Assembly (NCBI GenBank): GCA_950097015.1
Contig: CATNEN010000037.1
Span: forward strand, 2,170,001 to 2,234,000
Length of the DNA stretch: 64,000 nt
Source: Macrostomum hystrix
Taxonomy: Eukaryota; Animalia; Platyhelminthes
Direction of reading: 5' to 3'
The position numbers and the translations under genes were made by a program. Below, piece by piece: positions 24,286 to 36,650 of the stretch (position 1 is the first letter of the stretch; each line of letters starts with the position of its first letter). Under the pieces are notes generated by a model that ran no database searches, was not told the origin of the DNA, and saw only the letters and a list, made by a program, of their open reading frames with translations.

Positions 24286-25310
24286 ATGATTCTATACCGA
24301 TTTCACCTGTGATTCTATACCGATTTCACCTGTGATTCTACACCGATTTCACCTGTGATTTTATACCGATTTCACCTGTGATTCTACACCGATTTCACCT
24401 GTGATTCTACACCGATTTCACCTGTGATTCTACACCGATTTCACCTGTGATTCTATACCGATTTCACCTGTGATTCTATACCGATTTCACCTATGATTCC
24501 ACACCTATTTCACCTGTGATTCTATACCGGTTTCACCTGTGATTCTATACCGATTTCACCTGTGATTCTATACCGATTTCACCTATGATTCCACACCTAT
24601 TTCACCTGTGATTCTATACCGGTTTCACCTGTGATTCTATACCGATTTCACCTGTGATTCTACACCGATTTCACCTGTGATTCTATACCGATTTCACCTG
24701 TGATTCTATTCCGATTTCACCTGTGATTCTATACCGATTTCACCTGTGATTTTATACCGATTTCACCTGTGATTCTATACCGGTTTCATCTGTGATTCTA
24801 TACCGATTTCACCTGTGATTCTATACCGATTTCACCTGTGATTCTATACCGATTTCACCTATGATTCTATACCGATTTCACCTGTGATTCTATACCGGTT
24901 TCACCTGTGATTCTATACCGATTTCACCTGTGATTCTACACCGATTTCACCTGTGATTCTACACCGATTTCACATGTTATTCTATACCGATTTCACCTGT
25001 GATTCTACACCGATTTCACATGTTATTCTATACCGATTTTACCTGTGATTCTATACCGATTTCACCTATGATTCCACACCTATTTCACCTGTGATTCTAT
25101 ACCGATTTCACCTGTGATTCTACACCGATTTCACCTGTGATTCTATACCGATTTCACCTGTGATTCTACACCGATTTCACATGTTATTCTATACCGATTT
25201 TACCTGTGATTCTACACCGATTTCACTTATGATTCTACTCCGATTTCACCTGTGATTCTGCACCGATTTCACCTGTGATTCTGCACCGATTTCACCTATG
25301 ATCCTACACT
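24286..25310. repeat. 23-bp minisatellite (TGATTCTATACCGATTTCACCTG), ~44 copies
   Basis: Period 23 checked. Confidence 0.96.
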
Positions 25311-27372
25311 TTTTAACCTGTGATACGACACAGGTTTTTGCTGTGATTCTGCACCCCTTCCTCTCATCTGTGAACTTCATCTTTGGTGTCGTCTCACACA
25401 ATTAGGTGAATATATTCGATTAGGTTGCCTGTGCGTGCGCTGTTAAAATTGAGTCACCAGGACGAGGCAATTGCTTCAGGAAAAGATATTAAGCTTAATT
25501 CTGCCTAGCTTCCTGCAGGCTCATGCGCGTAATGAAATTCGGCAAGATTTTTTAAATCAATTTTAGTCTTAAAAAACTGGACTAAGATTGAAAATATTGG
25601 CCCCGCGTCAACAGGGTTGTTGAATTTTTTGATGAAAAAGAAAGCTGCTCTCAGAAAAATGCTTCTAAAAGTTAACAGCAATTCGATGCCCACTAAGGGA
25701 TGGGCACTAGTTTAAAACAAAATTAAGTCCCCATTCTGATGAGCACACCTGAGATCCCTTGGAGCCGCCTGGGGCTTTCGAGAAAATGAGCTCTCTGCCG
25801 CTGTCCCGTGGGATCTGGGGGCGGGGCAGGGAAGGAAGGCCTTGGCACTGAGGGGATTCCTCGCCGTCTAATAAATTGAATTGACATTCAGCATATCCGC
25901 ATGGCATTCCGCTGTTTCCGAGTGTCCCCCCGCGGGAGAGGCACGCCCCGTTCTTAATCTTCTCATTTTCGCTGGCCAGCTGTTTCGGTCGGCGCTTCAG
26001 AAAATAAGTCTCGGAGTCTCCATCCAAGAGGGAGGGGAGATGTATACGGAAAACACGCAGACTAATAAAGTCTTCTTTCATCTGCGTCAGCGCCGGATTC
26101 CGCTGCCGTTAATCGCCCCCACCCCACCGAAGAAGCCGAATGCGGTGTCTCCAAAGTGAGATTTTTCAAATCTTTTTTTTGCTGTTTTTGTGCCCCAACA
26201 TTGCGAGTTGATTCATTCTGAGCCGGTTATTGGCTCCCTGGCGGGCGACCTATCAGGAGGCAGTGCCCCCACCCAAATGCAGCGCATTCTGAGCAGCCTC
26301 TAATTGTCAAGCCTTCGAAAAAATCCTCACTTGGAAGTCTGCCGAGTGAAGCTTCGTGATCAATCGCCGGACTCTTCAATCTGGGAAGGTGAGTGATCGT
26401 TGCAACTAGAAGATCGGATTACTATTATCCTACCTTTTTACTATTTTACTACTATGTGTACAGTCCGTGGCGCAGTCGCAGCATCCAACTGCTGTACAAC
26501 TGTTCAGTCCATGGACTAGAAATTCTGCATGCATTCAATTTCCTGTTTCTTTCATCTCGACTGCTTTGTGTTCGACTTCGCTGTCAGGTTCTTCTTCTCT
26601 TGAAAGTATCAAGCTCACAATGAACTGGCTGGCAACCTTTTATGATAATGGATCCCTTTATTCTAGATCACTATACTGTATCATTGGGTGTAGTTACAGT
26701 ATGGATTATAATAGATTCTAGCTAAACCTGGATGTATCGATAGTCCTGAGATTTTTTTATGAGCAACTAGAGCGAAAGAACGAAGTGGCGTTGAGCACAC
26801 GATTCCTAAAATAAGGTACAGAAAATTATCCCCATCTAATTTTACAAGTTCCTTTATTTGGCAAGTGATAAGAGTAGAGCGTTAGTCATACGATAATAGA
26901 TTATTACTGCAGCTTACCTGCGCTAATGCTTGTGCGACTCGCGTCCCACAGAATCTCATCAACTGAATGGGATTATTCCTGACTATACGGTGCAGATCTC
27001 TGTCTGTCTTTCACTCCTATTGCCTTCGTCAGGTGTAGAACCTGACACGCATGGGTGTCTGAAAAAAAAGAGTCCAATTTTTATGTCGTTATCCGGTTCA
27101 GGATTAAAGGCATTGTTGCGTATCGGAATCAGTTTTTTAAGTATATTTCACATGAGAGGTGTACGTCGCCTATTGTTAGCGAAATAATCACAGAACATCC
27201 ACATCGTAGAGATATTCAACGATACATCGTGAGAACTACCAATGTAGGCATAATTTTTCTGCTTAAAAAATTCCATCAATATGGATTCGCCAGAGAAGCC
27301 TACACAGAGCAATGAGTTGTCCTTGTCACCAGGGTCTTCGACAAGAATCGTTGAATATCTCGGCTGTAATAT

Positions 27373-29391
27373 AATTCTAGCCAATCCACTAGAGAGGTGT
27401 GGCTAATCCATTAGAGAATTCTAGCCAATCCACTAGAGAGGTGTGGCTAATCCATTAGAGAATTCTAGCCAATCCACTAGAGAGGTGTGGCTAATCCAGT
27501 AGAGAATTCTAGCCAATCCACTAGAGAGGTGTGGCTAATCCATTAGAGAATTCTAGCCAATCCACTAGAGAGGTGTGGCTAATCCATTAGAGAATTCTAG
27601 CCAATCCACTAGAGAGGTGTGGCTAATCCATTAGAGAATTCTAGCCAATCCACTAGAGAGGTGTGGCTAATCCATTAGAGAATTCTAGCCAATCCACTAG
27701 AGAGGTGTGGCTAATCCAGTAGAGAATTCTATCCAATCCACTAGAGAGGTGTGGCTAATCCATTAGAGAATTCTAGCCAATCCACTAGAGAGGTGTGGCT
27801 AATCCATTAGAGAATTCTAGCCAATCCACTAGAGAGGTGTGGCTAATCCATTAGAGAATTCTAGCCAATCCACTAGAGAGGTGTGGCTAATCCATTAGAG
27901 AATTCTATCCAATCCACTAGAGAGGTGTGGCTAATCCATTAGAGAATTCTAGCCAATCCACTAGAGAGGTGTGGCTAATCCATTAGAGAATTCTAGCCAA
28001 TCCACTAGAGAGGTGTGGCTAATCCATTAGAGAATTCTAGCCAATCCACTAGAGAGGTGTGGCTAATCCATTAGAGAATTCTAGCCAATCCACTAGAGAG
28101 GTGTGGCTAATCCATTAGAGAATTCTAGCCAATCCACTAGAGAGGTGTGGCTAATCCATTAGAGAATTCTAGCCAATCCACTAGAGAGGTGTGGCTAATC
28201 CATTAGAGAATTCTAGCCAATCCACTAGAGAGGTGTGGCTAATCCATTAGAGAATTCTAGCCAATCCACTAGAGAGGTGTGGCTATCCATTAGAGAATTC
28301 TAGCCAATCCACTAGAGAGGTGTGGCTAATCCATTAGAGAATTCTAGCCAATCCACTAGAGAGGTGTGGCTAATCCATTAGAGAATTCTAGCCAATCCAC
28401 TAGAGAGGTGTGGCTAATCCATTAGAGAATTCTAGCCAATCCACTAGAGAGGTGTGGCTAATCCATTAGAGAATTCTAGCCAATCCACTAGAGAGGTGTG
28501 GCTAATCCATTAGAGAATTCTAGCCAATCCACTAGAGAGGTGTGGCTAATCCATTAGAGAATTCTAGCCAATCCACTAGAGAGGTGTGGCTAATCCATTA
28601 GAGAATTCTAGCCAATCCACTAGAGAGGTGTGGCTAATCCATTAGAGAATTCTAGCCAATCCACTAGAGAGGTGTGGCTAATCCATTAGAGAATTCTAGC
28701 CAATCCACTAGAGAGGTGTGGCTAATCCATTAGAGAATTCTAGCCAATCCACTAGAGAGGTGTGGCTAATCCATTAGAGAATTCTAGCCAATCCACTAGA
28801 GAGGTGTGGCTAATCCATTAGAGAATTCTAGCCAATCCACTAGAGAGGTGTGGCTAATCCAGTAGAGAATTCTAGCCAATCCACTAGAGAGGTGTGGCTA
28901 ATCCATTAGAGAATTCTAGCCAATCCACTAGAGAGGTGTGGCTAATCCATTAGAGAATTCTAGCCAATCCACTAGAGAGGTGTGGCTAATCCATTAGAGA
29001 ATTCTAGCCAATCCACTAGAGAGGTGTGGCTAATCCATTAGAGAATTCTAGCCAATCCACTAGAGAGGTGTGGCTAATCCATTAGAGAATTCTAGCCAAT
29101 CCACTAGAGAGGTGTGGCTAATCCATTAGAGAATTCTAGCCAATCCACTAGAGAGGTGTGGCTAATCCATTAGAGAATTCTAGCCAATCCACTAGAGAGG
29201 TGTGGCTAATCCATTAGAGAATTCTAGCCAATCCACTAGAGAGGTGTGGCTAATCCATTAGAGAATTCTAGCCAATCCACTAGAGAGGTGTGGCTAATCC
29301 ATTAGAGAATTCTAGCCAATCCACTAGAGAGGTGTGGCTAATCCATTAGAGAATTCTAGCCAATCCACTAGAGAGGTGTGGCTAATCCAGT
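27373..29391. repeat. 44-bp highly homogeneous minisatellite (AATTCTAGCCAATCCACTAGAGAGGTGTGGCTAATCCATTAGAG), ~46 copies
   Basis: Period 44 checked. Confidence 0.97.
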
Positions 29392-29440
29392 AGAAAACTG
29401 TTTTGGCCAAACATAAACATAACCGAAGGGAAATCCTGAA

Positions 29441-30156
29441 CCAAGAAGAAGAGAAACCCTGACCCATGAAGAAGAGAAACCCTGACCCATGAAGAAGAGA
29501 AACCCTGACCCATGAAGAAGAGAAACCCTGACCCATGATGAAGAGAAACCCTGACCCATGATGAAGAGAAACCCTGACCCATGAAGAAGAGAAACCCTGA
29601 CCCATGAAGAAGAGAAACCCTGACCCATGATGAAGAGAAACCCTGACCCATGATGAAGAGAAACCCTGACCCATGATGAAGAGAAAACCTGACCCAAGAC
29701 TAAGTAGAGAAACCCTGACCCATGAAGAAGAGAAACCCTGACCCAAGACTAAGTAGAGAAACCCTGACCCAAGACTAAGTAGAGAAACCCTGACCCAAGA
29801 CTAAGTAGAGAAACCCTGACCCAAGACTAAGTAGAGAAACCCTGACCCATGAAGAAGAGAAACCCTGACCCATGATGAAGAGAAAACCTGACCCATGATG
29901 AAGAGAAACCCTGACCCATGAAGAAGAGAAACCCTGACCCATGATGAAGAGAAACCCTGACCCATGATGAAGAGAAAACCTGACCCAAGACTAAGTAGAG
30001 AAACCCTGACCCAAGACTAAGTAGAGAAACCCTGACCCAAGACTAAGTAGAGAAACCCTGACCCAAGACTAAGTAGAGAAACCCTGACCCAAGACTAAGT
30101 AGAGAAACCCTGACCCATGAAGAAGAGAAACCCTGACCTAAGACTAAGTAGAGAAA
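29441..30156. repeat. 23-bp minisatellite (AGAGAAACCCTGACCCATGAAGA and an AGACTAAGT variant), ~31 copies
   Basis: Tandem periodicity. Confidence 0.95.
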
Positions 30157-31243
30157 CTCTACCAGAAACACCAGAGTAGAGACCACACGAGACAATGACC
30201 TAGCAAAAAATAAGTAAATAAGTGGGCAATTTCACCGAGATCCTGTCGTTTTGCATCTGACACTGAGACGGATATACAAGCCAATGAAATACCTGGGAGT
30301 GGAAGCAAAAAACCCGAAACAAATAGTTTTGTAGCGACGCACTGCTGGCGATACAAGACAAGGCCTAGTTTTCTATGCCTCAAGGCAAACAGCCCAGCTT
30401 GTGTGTGTGTGTGTTTTTTGAGTTGCTGCTCATCCTGACAGGCATCGGGTGCCAAAAAATCTTGTCAGCTTGACGAAGCGGTTGTCGACAGTTGGGTTGG
30501 TGGGTATTGAGCAGTGTCAGGTAGCATTGACTATACTCTTCCTTTGTTTTCTCTCTCTCCCTACCTATTGCTAACCTATACTCCTAGTCCGTTTCTTCCT
30601 CAATGACACTGTATGCTTAGCCTAAAAAAATACGAACCATTGTCGGTGCTGAGTGCAAACACTGACATCTGCAACCGTGGCTTAGTACTGTTATCTAACG
30701 TTCTCAATTTAATCTCATAGCTTTCTAATTCTCTGCGACGTAGTATACTTTTTGGAGGAAATTTGTGCATCAAATGCTTTTGGCCAATGAGCGACCCCCG
30801 ATTCGCTTAATGGTCGTTTTTGTTAGATAATGACTATAGTCTATGGACGAGACCACCCACCAATGCTGGTCAATAGTCGTTTTTCTTGTCTAATTGTCTA
30901 TGGCCACGAGCCACGAGCAGCTATATTCCCTGTCTCTAAGGGCAACAAATCAGATTGTCAGATGGGCGCATGGCATGTTCGGCTTTTAATCTCTCTCTCA
31001 CTCTTTGAACACGAATCGAGCCCAGTTACTTCAACCATATTGTGTGTCTTTTTTCGTGTTCGTGATTTTTATAGAGATTCTTATCTTTGCTTTTCATAGG
31101 CTCCCTTATAATATTGCTTTTGTCGCGCTATGTGGAACAGTGGATGCAAAACGGAACGACCCATGGAATTCTACGGCCAAGCGTTTGAATTCACTCGAGA
31201 AAGTAGGCCATAGACAACTCAATTTGTCATGCTATATGGAAAA

Positions 31244-31560
31244 ATGAGCCAGAATAGGAGGAACGATTTGAGTTTTTCATAGAGCTGACAGCAAGACGCT
31301 TTCTTTTTCTTTTGGTTGATCGGTTAAGTTATAGACTGTCGATGAAGGATGCGTCAGTGTTGTTAGGATCATCCAAAACTTCTGTTCACCGTATTCAGTC
31401 AACATTCGAACAAGCTGGCAGGTTGGCAGCTTTGCCTCGTGGAGGACGCAAGAAAGAAAGCTGCGAAATGGACGCAGAGATGAGAGAATTTTTGCAACAT
31501 GAGGTGCAGCAAAATCCCTTTCTGATGCTGAAGTCAATGGCTGAGAAGCTGGTCTATTAA
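31244..31560 (+). pseudogene. IS630/Tc1-mariner-like transposase N-terminal HTH remnant
   Basis: LSMKDASVLLGSSKTSVHRIQSTFEQAGRLAALPRGGRKK...FLQHEVQQNPFLMLKSMAEKL matches the HTH / GGR AT-hook / NP..TL..L pattern of Tc1/IS630 transposases. It stops before any DDE domain. Confidence 0.65.
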
Positions 31561-32172
31561 GCTTCATTTGAATGGAACTCTGCAGAATTTTCAGTTTCTG
31601 CCTTTATTGGCCACGCTTGGCCATAGAATTCCATGGGAAAAGGTTTTGACGTTTTTCTAAACCGATTGGCGCCGCAAAACAATTAGTTACAATGTTTGCT
31701 AGTGAACCCTAATCCTGGTAAGATTTTAGTCTGAGATGACTGGCGATCATCCCGACACTAAAAATGCGGTTGAACGGTCTGGGAGCTGTGCCAATCGAGA
31801 TGGCCGGTGGGCTCGCGCCAAAATGGAAAGAAAGGAATAGAATGAGCGGGGAGAGATGCGTCCGGAGTGAAAGAGAGTGAAAAAAGGATGAAGAGGCTGA
31901 AAAGCTCACTAAACTTTCTTGAAAGACCACTGTCGCGCCACAGTTCCCCTCTCTGCCTGCCTCTCTCCCTGCGCAATGACAGATGAATTTGCATTTTTTC
32001 AATGCCGCTTCTTTTGGACTAAGGCCCAGTCATCCGCGATGCGGCAATTGCTACCCTGAAACCGCAAGGCACTTGCGACCATTGCACTTCTGTCCACTCG
32101 CTTGCCTGCTCGAAGATGCTTTAGAAATCCTAGAACTAAATCTAGAAATTTAGTCTCCAGGGCCTGCTCAAG

Positions 32173-32233
32173 CCCTGACCCTAACCCTATACCCTAACCC
32201 TAACCCTAACCCTAACCCTAACCCTAGCCCTAG
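32173..32233 (-). repeat. Interstitial telomere-like (TTAGGG)n tract, ~10 units with degenerate flanks
   Basis: CCCTAA repeats on the + strand. Confidence 0.9.
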
Positions 32234-32781
32234 CATTCTGTCGCTTTGAAGCTGCTGCGCTTTCTGTCTGTAAAATCGAGTTCTTCCTTTGACAAAAGTA
32301 CTGTTTGTACTTTAGAGGATTAGAATATCCACAGACCGGCCTTTGATCATGAATAATGAGTTGCTAAGTTGTTGCAAATTTCTTGGAAATTATCGGAATA
32401 TTTTTGTGTATAGTCACAATTTATAGTTCTGCATAATCTTCATCAACGGTTCTAAAACGTATTTTTATCCTACTCTCCTCGCTATCCATCGTTCTCTATG
32501 AACTATAAAACAGATTTCACGGAAATTTCAATATTCCAAGTATAGATTTCTACGCTGCTGGTTCAAACCAGTTGGCCTACTGAAAGTTCTTAAGAATCCG
32601 CGTTCTCAGATTTAGCTCGACAACCTCAACGCTGCAAGATGCGTAGGTGCTTGTACTATTAAATAATTCATAGACGAATGAAAGCCGAAGTGATGAAACC
32701 AGGGTTACAGGGTTAGCTGTATTGACACCCTGTTGTGGTAAGTGGACACCAAAGTGTCAATATTTGCATTGATTTTCTCTT

Positions 32782-32900
32782 TGGGTAGCCTACTGGTTGA
32801 AGCTTTGGACTTCAGACCAAAAGGTCAGGAGTTCGAATCATGCCTCAAGGAAAGTACTTGTGTCATTGAGCAAGACAATCAATTTCCAATTTTCTCATGG
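32782..32900 (+). mobile_element. Degraded SINE 5' half
   Basis: TAGCCTACTGG A box, GAGTTCGAATC B box and GAGCAAGACA. Confidence 0.5.
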
Positions 32901-33336
32901 CTTTGATAATAACAATATTTGCTGTGGGCAATCACACATCTATTGGTGACACTATAGACCCGCAGGCAGCAAGGAGGCAATTCTGCCCATTCCGCTGACT
33001 CCTGAGCACACACGCACACAGATAAATGACACAGGTGTGTACATCTGGCCTGATTTTCTCATCTTCAAGCAGTGTACTCTTTCACTGTGCCTTGGAAGTT
33101 GACCCTCAAGGGTGTAAATTGCGCGAAAAACCCCCAAGCCTTCTATCCACAGTTGCGCCCAAATGAATGTGCTTTAGTTGAACCAGCTGTAAAATAGGGA
33201 TGGAAATTGGGGTTGGTTTGGCGGCTTTCCCAGTCCGCGGACTGAACAGCTGTACACGGCCTTTGGAAGAGCCAGCCAGGAAAAAGCGGACTTAGCAAAA
33301 TACGATCCAAAACCATTTCAGTGGATGTGAGTCGCA

Positions 33337-33741
33337 ATGACTGAGGTGGATCGAAAAGTGTTGCTGAGGGCTCTGCGAGCATTGCGCATTGGAGCGCAGA
33401 ACGCTAGTCGAGGCGCCGCAGCCGCAGCCGCAGCCTCTCCTCCGTCGACTGTCGCCACATCGGCGGCGGCATCATCGATCGGTTGGATGATCAACGGCAC
33501 CAACTATAACGATACCAACAGGACTAAGGATATGGACGACAACTTTCCAATGGATAATCGCTACTGGGTCCTGATCATGTTCACGGTGCCATTGTTCACA
33601 ATCTTTGGCAACATCCTGGTCGTATTGGCCGTGTACAGAGAGCGCGGCCTTCAGAGTGTCACAAACTACTTCATTGTGTCCTTGGCGTTTGCCGACATCC
33701 TTGTTGCAGCCATTGTCATGCCTGTGTCCGTCTATGTTGAA
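33337..33741 (+). CDS. DRD2: D2-like dopamine receptor (class A aminergic GPCR) coding exon 1: N-terminus, TM1-TM2
   Basis: N-glycosylation sequons (NGT, NDT, NRT); TM1 IFGNILVVLAVYRER; TM2 TNYFIVSLAFADILVA.IVMP.SVYVE; donor GAA|gtaagt. The start could be Met at 33337 or at 33487. Confidence 0.88.
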
Positions 33742-33756
33742 GTAAGTTTCACTGTC

Positions 33757-34682
33757 CGGGCTATCTACTGCATTCCTGGGCTATCTACTGCATTCCTGGG
33801 CTATCTACTGCATTCCTGGGCTATCTACTGCATTCCTGGGCTATATACTGCATTCCTGGGCTATCTACTGCATTCCTGGGCTATCTACTCCATTCCTGGG
33901 CTATCTACTCCATTCCTGGGCTATCTACTCCATTCCTGGGCTATCTATTGCATTCCTGGGCTATATACTGCATTCCTGGGCTATCTACTGCATTCCTGGG
34001 CTATCTACTACATTCCTGGGCTATCTATTGCATTCCTGGGCTATATACTGCATTCCTGGGCTATCTACTGCATTCCTGGGCTATCTACTACATTCCTGGG
34101 CTATCTACTCCATTCCTGGGCTATCTATTGCATTCCTGGGCTATATACTGCATTCCTGGGCTATCTACTGCATTCCTGGGCTATCTACTACATTCCTGGG
34201 CTATCTACTACATTCCTGGGCTATCTACTACATTCCTGGGCTATCTACTGCATTCCTGGGCTATCTACTGCATTCCTGGGCTATCTATTGCATTCCTGGG
34301 CTATCTACTACATTCCTGGGCTATCTACTGCATTCCTGGGCTATCTACTACATTCCTGGGCTATCTACTGCATTCCTGGGCTATCTACTACATTCCTGGG
34401 CTATCTACTGCATTCCTGGGCTATCTACTACATTCCTGGGCTATCTACTACATTCCTGGGCTATCCACTACATTCCTGGGCTATCTACTGCATTCCTGGG
34501 CTATCTACTGCATTTCTTGGCTATCTACTACATTCCTGGGGTATCTACTACATTCCTGGGCTATCTACTACATTCCTGGGCTATCTACTACATTCCTGGG
34601 CTATCTACTGCATTCCTGGGCTATCTACTGCATTCCTGGGCTATCTACTGCATTCCTGGGCTATCTACTGCATTCCTGGGCT
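33757..34682. repeat. 20-bp minisatellite (GGCTATCTACTGCATTCCTG), ~46 copies, start of receptor intron 1
   Basis: Period 20; begins ~15 nt after the splice donor. Confidence 0.97.
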
Positions 34683-34921
34683 AAATCCATTATACTAATT
34701 CACAAAAGTAATCCATTACACTCGTAGACATCCCATCACAGAGTTGACTACTAAAAATTCAAACAATCGTTTTTTCACATGTGCATTGGCCTTCAGTTTG
34801 ATTGGCAGGTACAATAAGAACGATTAATGGTAAATGTGATGACGTCACTGCATTCATTTTCCTTAACGGATGTGTCTAGAGATAAGGAACTTAACAAAAT
34901 AAATAGATGCAGTGCAACACT

Positions 34922-35161
34922 CAGGGAGTGTCAGTGAGCGAGTGTCAGTGAGGGAGTGTCAGTGAGCGAGTGTCAGTGAGGGAGAGTCAGTGAGGGAGTG
35001 TCAGTGAGCGAGTGTCAGTGAGCGAGTGTCAGTGAGCGAGTGTCAGTGAGCGAGTGTCAGTGAGCGAGTGTCAGTGAGCGAGTGTCAGTGAGCGAGTGTC
35101 AGTGAGGGAGAGTCAGTGAGGGAGTGTCAGTGAGGGAGAGTCAGTGAGGGAGAGTCAGTGA
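34922..35161. repeat. 14-bp minisatellite (GAGTGTCAGTGAGC), ~17 copies
   Basis: Tandem periodicity. Confidence 0.93.
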
Positions 35162-36309
35162 TGAAGATATTCGGTGAATAAACTAAAAGTTCTTAAATTT
35201 TTCCAGCTAATTTTGGTGTGTCCTGCAACATTTTGGCCACAGGAATATTTCATAATGCTAATTTTCATAAAGTTAGAACGCTGTGCTCCCAAAAAAACAC
35301 AGAAGATAAAATCCAACTATCAGTTTCTTGTCTTGTCTTTAGAAATTAAATTACCTATAATTTACTGTGGACTTTTTTGCTAGTTTAAATTTGAAGCTAT
35401 TTTCTAGCTAGTCCGACACTCACCTATGCTTGGCGGGTTGATTTCAGCTGTGAAACAGAGGGGAACTAGGGATCAGTGGGATGAATTTAATTTACTGCTC
35501 TGTCTCCGACATAATCAATGAGGGAGCCTCTGTCTTTTTCTCTCTTTTACGAGCTCGCAGCACGCCGTGTTAAAGTCAATTTTATTCATGTAGTAGAAAG
35601 ACCTGTAGAAAGACATGTAGTAGTAGAGGGAGGTACTTCGAATGCCACCTAGCTTTGCAAGTTGGATCATTGTAAAGGGCTGAAAATTTTGATCCAAATG
35701 ATGGACTTTCACAGAAATCGGTCATCGTGAAGTGGGTATTTGAAATAGCCACATGGTCCTTCCACATGGAAAAAATAGCGGGAGGTCCTTCTACTGTTAA
35801 AGAACGAAGTTAGGTGACCACATTTCCAACATTACCAATGCTATTCCCATAGTGCGAGTATCAAGAAGATTGGTGGAAATTGTAAACTGAGAAATCGGAA
35901 CTGGGGACTAGGAAGTGAAGAGGGAGAGAGAGGGCGTGGGTGAGAGCAGGGGGCAGGAAGAGGTGCTCAAGAAATAGGTTTTAGCCTCAAGGCCTTTGGC
36001 GACCATGGACAAACACGGCACAGACGGGCATGCATAAAAGATCCAGATACCCAGACACACTCACTCAGTCGAATGTGAGTAATTGAGAAACGATATACAC
36101 ACGCATATACAAGGAGCAGTACAGCTTCCGGACTCCTCCAAGCCTTTAGCATCAAAATAAAACTACTTTTTTCTTTGCTGTTAATCTGGTCGGGCTAGTT
36201 TTAAGTATAAAAGGACTTGTCATATTTTTATATATATCCCTCTTTTCTACCGCTTTACTCTCACGCAATGGTCTTCTTTACACTTTTCCTCTCGGCTTGC
36301 AATGTTACC

Positions 36310-36346
<37 letters not shown>

Positions 36347-36650
36347 ACAAACAATTTTTTCTACAGGACTATAGCGATCGCATCCCAAGTGCTGCAGCGG
36401 TGATCAAAAGGCACGCCTAGAGCCACCGCAGCACTCATTGTACGCGACTATTTTTTTCTTCAAAGGCTAAGCCTGACTTCCGCCTTATTTAACTTAACAA
36501 TAACTTCAAAGCTGCCAGTAACTCAAGGAGCTCACTATTCTCACTAGTGCCAGCTTCAAACAATACACAAAACTGCTGTCTGACTTTTCATGCCTCGCCA
36601 GAGTCTGACATTGTGCTGAAGCAATACCTTGGCTAAAGTGGGTCTTCGGT

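Noticed and set aside
25735-25790. Hammerhead ribozyme core (CTGATGA ... GAAA)
   Set aside because: No complementary stem II between CTGATGA and the downstream GAAA.
25707-26159. GC-rich ORFs of 124 aa (-) and 92 aa (+)
   Set aside because: No recognisable domain or splice context; probably TE-derived, and I cannot classify it.
33742-34727. Receptor ORF continuing to 453 aa with LGYLLHSWAIYCIPG repeats
   Set aside because: Read-through of the GTAAGT donor into a 20-bp satellite; the true frame resumes at 49572.
36217-36420. Small poly-Ala ORF in receptor intron 1
   Set aside because: Explained by a (GCT)n microsatellite; no homology and no convincing splice sites.
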